From Lingula anatina (lineage: Eukaryota; Animalia; Brachiopoda), in NCBI GenBank assembly GCA_051362555.1, contig CM120649.1, forward strand, positions 2,108,001-2,172,000: DNA of 64,000 nt, read 5' to 3'. Under the pieces are notes generated by a model. It searched no databases, was not told where the DNA came from, and saw nothing but the letters and a program-made list of their open reading frames with translations. The position numbers were made by a program, and so were the translations under genes. Positions 51,959 to 64,000 of this stretch are shown here, one piece after another (the first letter of the stretch is position 1; every line of letters starts with the position of its first letter).

Positions 51959-54900
51959 CTATTCCTTCTTGGCTCGTAGATTGTACCTTCCTCCCGTGCT
52001 GCGCGGGGTGCTGGCCCCTGAAGAGGGCGCCTGTTTCTTACCCCCACACAGGACCTGCAGTGACTGGGCGAGGAGGGCGAGCCTGATGACCAAGAACACC
52101 CCATTCATCACAAACAGCTGGACCAGCTTGGCGGGGTTGAAATTCTTCAGTCCGGAGATTAGCTCAGGGGCAAACATCATGTACACTGAAAATAAATAGA
52201 TGTTTGATAATTTTTTGTTTATTTACCATAAATATGAAGTGAGTGGGAAGAGAATCATAACTGGGCACTGCATGTCACTTATCCACTGAACTACCTTCAC
52301 AGCATAAACCCCCTTCCCTTATGACTAATGCAAATAATTCACCTGAGCCCCGTTCCAGAAAGAACTTTAGACTGAAAACCAGACTTGAGACCAGATTTGT
52401 TGTGTACATCTGTAGTGGTCTACTACAGTAAAACATGTTGATTAAAAAAGCAGTAATATCTTTCTTGTTATAAAAAATTTCTCAGGTGCAATTTTTCATA
52501 TAGCTGGTCTAGACCTCAAGAACTCTTTGATCAAACTAAACAAAACTAATGGTCAAAAAGTTTGGGCCAACTATCAACCAAATGTTCTTTTGTAAAATAC
52601 CCCTCCAACCCCAGTGAGACTGGAAAATCCTGGGTAAGTCCATTTCTCTTAAAACTTAACTCTGCAGCAAACATTGGGTAAGCTTAAACCAATGTAAATG
52701 CAAGTATGGGTGGGTTTTAAGTATATAAGTAAATAAACACAGTATTACAGTGGGCTCTATACAGGGCTGCTACTGATTCTCAACTCGGAATAAGAATCTC
52801 AATCTTCAGAGATGGACTTCTTAATAAATATGGAAGACTTTGGTGTGTAACTACTGAACTTTTTTTTCTTTTTTTTGGGAGGGGGGATCTTCACCTATTG
52901 CCCAATGTTGGTTTACTTTAAGAGCATGCTCAAATTTTCTGATCCAAAATTAAGAACCTTTAAATCTGCAAATACTTTCACCATTTGAGAACTCACAAAT
53001 TTTACTTAAGGATTAAATTGTCTTGAAATTTTTATCTAAAAATGAATGTTATAATATTTTAAGACTTGATAATTTTATGTTGTTTTCAGTAACTTTTACC
53101 ATTTTCTTTATAGAACATGTATCATTCATAATAATTATCATAATTATTATTAAGCTTTAGGATAAATACTGATTATTTTTAAATACTTTAAAAAGTATCA
53201 GTTGTCTGGCTAAAGAGTTCACAAAGTAAAACCTAGCAAATACTTCACAGCAGAGAAAGGTATGTCACAACAGTTAGTTAACAAAGTAAACAGTACAAAG
53301 ACTATCTCTCACAACCCCAGGATTAAGTAAATCCCATGTTTACCAGGTGTACAAACCTGGTGAACTTTATCATAAGCCCATGGTACATGCTAATATAAAG
53401 GCAACTTCTAAATCATCAAATCTATGTCTGTTAAAATACAGTTTTCCTTAATTTTGTAGTTTGAATTTTTCATTTTTTACTTGTCTATAAGAAATTGTAT
53501 CACCAAGCCAAGTATGAATTGTTGTTATGAACTGTTTATCTAGTCTTAATTTGGTGAGGATTTAGTTTATATTAATTTCCATACTTGCACACGTAAACAG
53601 AGAGCTAATTCCAACCAGTTAAAAACACTCACCTCCGTACAACTCAACGACGAGAAGTACCAGCTGCGCCAGATGCCTCCATTTTTTGTTCTGCAAGATG
53701 GCAGTAATGACGGCTATCGACAGCGAAGTACCCACCACGGCCTGCGCCAACTCAATACAGATCATGTTAGGGTCAGCCACACCGTATCTCTTGTCTGCCT
53801 TGGCGTACTCTTGGACTGAATTATACAACAGTTTTTAAGCTCTATATCGATGAAGAGATTTGGCTTACTTTTGGACAGAATGACAGAATTATAATAGTAT
53901 TCTTTCTTGTGTTATAAAAGTGACCAAGTATTGGCATATTCTTGAACTAATTTACATATCCAGTCACATAAGGGTAGAAATGCTCATCTCTTACTGACAT
54001 CACATGTATGTTTTTAGCCATATGGTGCTCGCTATCTAGAACTAGTCAATACTACTGAAACAGTGTCTACAAATTTTTAACTAATTTACTGATTAGGCTT
54101 TAATTTTATCAGCATGAAGCCAGTATTTGATTTACAGATTTCTTCATACGAAAACAATCCCATTACTGAATTTTGGAGCTTAATTGAAGACTTATTTACT
54201 TCAGAAGTTTGAGGTATTTCATAATTAACCCTGTGTTGTTTCTGGTACATATACTCACACATAAGAGCAACAAAGTTCTTATAGTCCTTGACATTTCCCA
54301 CCAGAGACATGACAGCATATGGAATGCACTGGAATACAAACATACAGCAAAAAAATGAAAAATAAACAGGTTTAAGTTCTGTACTAAATATTTTTATTCA
54401 CTTTTGTTTGTGCAAAGACACTTAATATTAAAATTCTATTCTGGAGTTTTTCTTTTTCTCGTGTTCCTAAATTTTGAAAAAAAAAATTGGCAAGCAAATG
54501 GCACAAAATAAATTCTATAACTCATTATTATATTATAGTACTTTATAAAGCAATCAAGTATCTTTGTATTTTAGAACCCTCCCCCCTCTCCCAATCAAAA
54601 CTCCCAGTATGTGAGAAGCATCGACGCCTTTCCTCACATCACACCCCTGCCGAAGTATTTAAACTCTTATTTTGGAATGAGGCAAGAAGATTTTAACAAA
54701 AATTTTACTAGTGCCCCCCCCCCCCCCCCCCCCCCCCCCAACCAACACCATTCAGAAATAGTTCTGGGAGGAAGTACAGTACTTGTAGCTAATTTGAGAC
54801 TTTCTTTTAATTTTTTAAAACACGTTATCATCTACCACGTATCCTGTTCAGTTCCGTAATGCACTACATAAAGTTTTAAGAGCGACACCGTGACAGTGGA

Positions 54901-55110
54901 ATCGCCGTCGTCGGTTTCCCGCCCGAATTGAACGTCACTTACCATGGTGATATTAACCAAGGCGTTGAAAACCCAAAATCCAAGAGCACATTTATCGCCT
55001 CTAGAAAGCTTCTTGCCGAGCAGCAGAGCCGCTAAAACACCCGCTGCGACTTGCACCAGCAGCGATACCGTTATCACTAACTCTCCCGTATTCATTCCAG
55101 ACCCCGCCAT
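51959..55110 (-). CDS. EBPL: Emopamil-binding protein-like (EXPERA domain membrane protein), 215 aa
   Basis: Exons 55110-54943, 54328-54259, 53815-53633, 52185-51959 join in frame. Motifs FWVFNALVN, QEYAKADKRY..D..ICIE, RHLAQLV..VVELYG.YMMFAPE, NGVFLVI; basic C-terminus RAKKE. Confidence 0.85.
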
Positions 55111-55693
55111 TTCGCTTTCAAATTACGAATGAAGTTATTGTGAAATCCATTTTTTAGTTTTGCATGTTTCATTTTGATGAAAACACCTTTATGTCGGAAA
55201 TCTTAAAATAATAAAAGTGTAACTATTATGACACTGATACTCATATTTGAGGATGTGTGTGATATTTTGAAAGCCTCGTAATTATTTGACGTAAAAATTC
55301 GAAACTTATCTGATATGTGAGGCTCTGCAGGGCTCTGCAATTTGCTCGAGGAATTTAAGCTATGGGCGCTATGATTGGCTAGAGTGTTGTACGTTGGTCT
55401 CTGAAATAAATCGGATAATTTCCTTGCACATGTTCAAATTAAATTTAATTTTATTGCATTTTAAATCGACAAAAGATGGATAAGTCACAACCCAAATTTA
55501 AGTAGGTTTGATCATCTAATTTATTAGAAAAAGGAAAAATGTGACTGAAACCTCAATTCAAGTTCAAGCATTTAGCCCAATCACCGTGATTGTTTCTGAT
55601 GGGTTAGGATAAAAAAATCCAGAAAGAGGCCGGCATTTTGTAAGGAATACAGAAGAAGTAACTTGTGAAATAATCAAAAATTAAGACAGAAAA
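55111..55693. promoter_or_regulatory. Probable bidirectional promoter between EBPL-like and importin alpha
   Basis: Divergent start codons 583 bp apart; oppositely oriented CCAAT boxes (ATTGG 55374-55378, CCAAT 55577-55581). Confidence 0.65.
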
Positions 55694-63260
<7,567 letters not shown>

Positions 63261-64000
63261 AGGATTGGAAACAACATATCAGAGGGCATTGTTGAAGTGT
63301 TAGATGAAGAGAAAGAAGAAAAGAAAGAATGAATGGGTGGATGAAAATGAATGAATGGATGAAAATGGCAGACATATCCTATTCAATATTTTTTCACCAT
63401 GAAAAGAAGGGAGAAAATCAGCTCCTGTCTTAAAACAAGATCTCACCCGTGGATTAATAGGATAATTATTTTACCATGGGAAGAGACAAAAGGAAGAATT
63501 CATTGTTCGTGAATTTTACCATTATCTAAAGTGGAGGAGTTTGGTTTTGATTCAACTGAGTTGCAATCAATTATAAATGAATACAGAACCCAGTCAATAG
63601 ATTTCCTTGTGAAGAGCTAATAAGTTGAAGTACAAGAGGGAAATGAGTTCAGCATCTTTTTATGTCTCAATGCTAAGACAAAATGGAGCACAGAATTTTC
63701 GACTGATTTCAACTGACCTATTCAACTGATGTGTTGAGTGAGTGATAATGTGTTGAGCGACAGTAAAAAAAAAAAAAAGGATGGCTTTGTTATTCTGATC
63801 AGGAGGTGTCAGTGTGGACAAAAACTGATTGACTCGGTTTAACAGGCTTATGATAACATGTGTTCCTTCCCAAATGTGTTACTGTGAGGATGATGGAGTG
63901 CAAGAATGACTGGTTTTTGAGATGTGGGTTGCAAGGGTGAGAGAAGCAACACAAACACGGCACAAGCCAGTGCACATGCAAACACACATTACGGGCCAGC

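Overview
This is AT-rich, intron-rich animal (invertebrate-type) genomic DNA; the taxon cannot be fixed from the sequence alone. The main locus is a spliced + strand gene (exons ~30489-48708) encoding a Roco-family GTPase (ROC-COR) with no kinase or LRR. The ROC-COR core is flanked on both sides by a duplicated two-exon module of a helical/death-like segment plus a CARD. Upstream lie tandemly duplicated 5' cassettes. Two contain a phase-0 exon encoding an N-terminal transmembrane helix plus a TRADD-N-like domain that could splice in frame onto the Roco body; one of these is interrupted by a DNA transposon whose end supplies a new in-frame ATG. Downstream are a head-to-head pair of conserved genes: EBPL-like (EXPERA domain, - strand) and importin alpha-3/4 (+ strand). 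The remainder is dense in transposon relics (Tc1/mariner, PIF/Harbinger MITEs, a CACTA-like element with a nested Gypsy remnant, Gypsy, RTE/L2 LINE tails, a Helentron-like tandem array) and contains three Penelope-type hammerhead ribozyme-like motifs. All gene models were built by hand from splice signals and reading frames; domain names come from motif recognition, not database searches.
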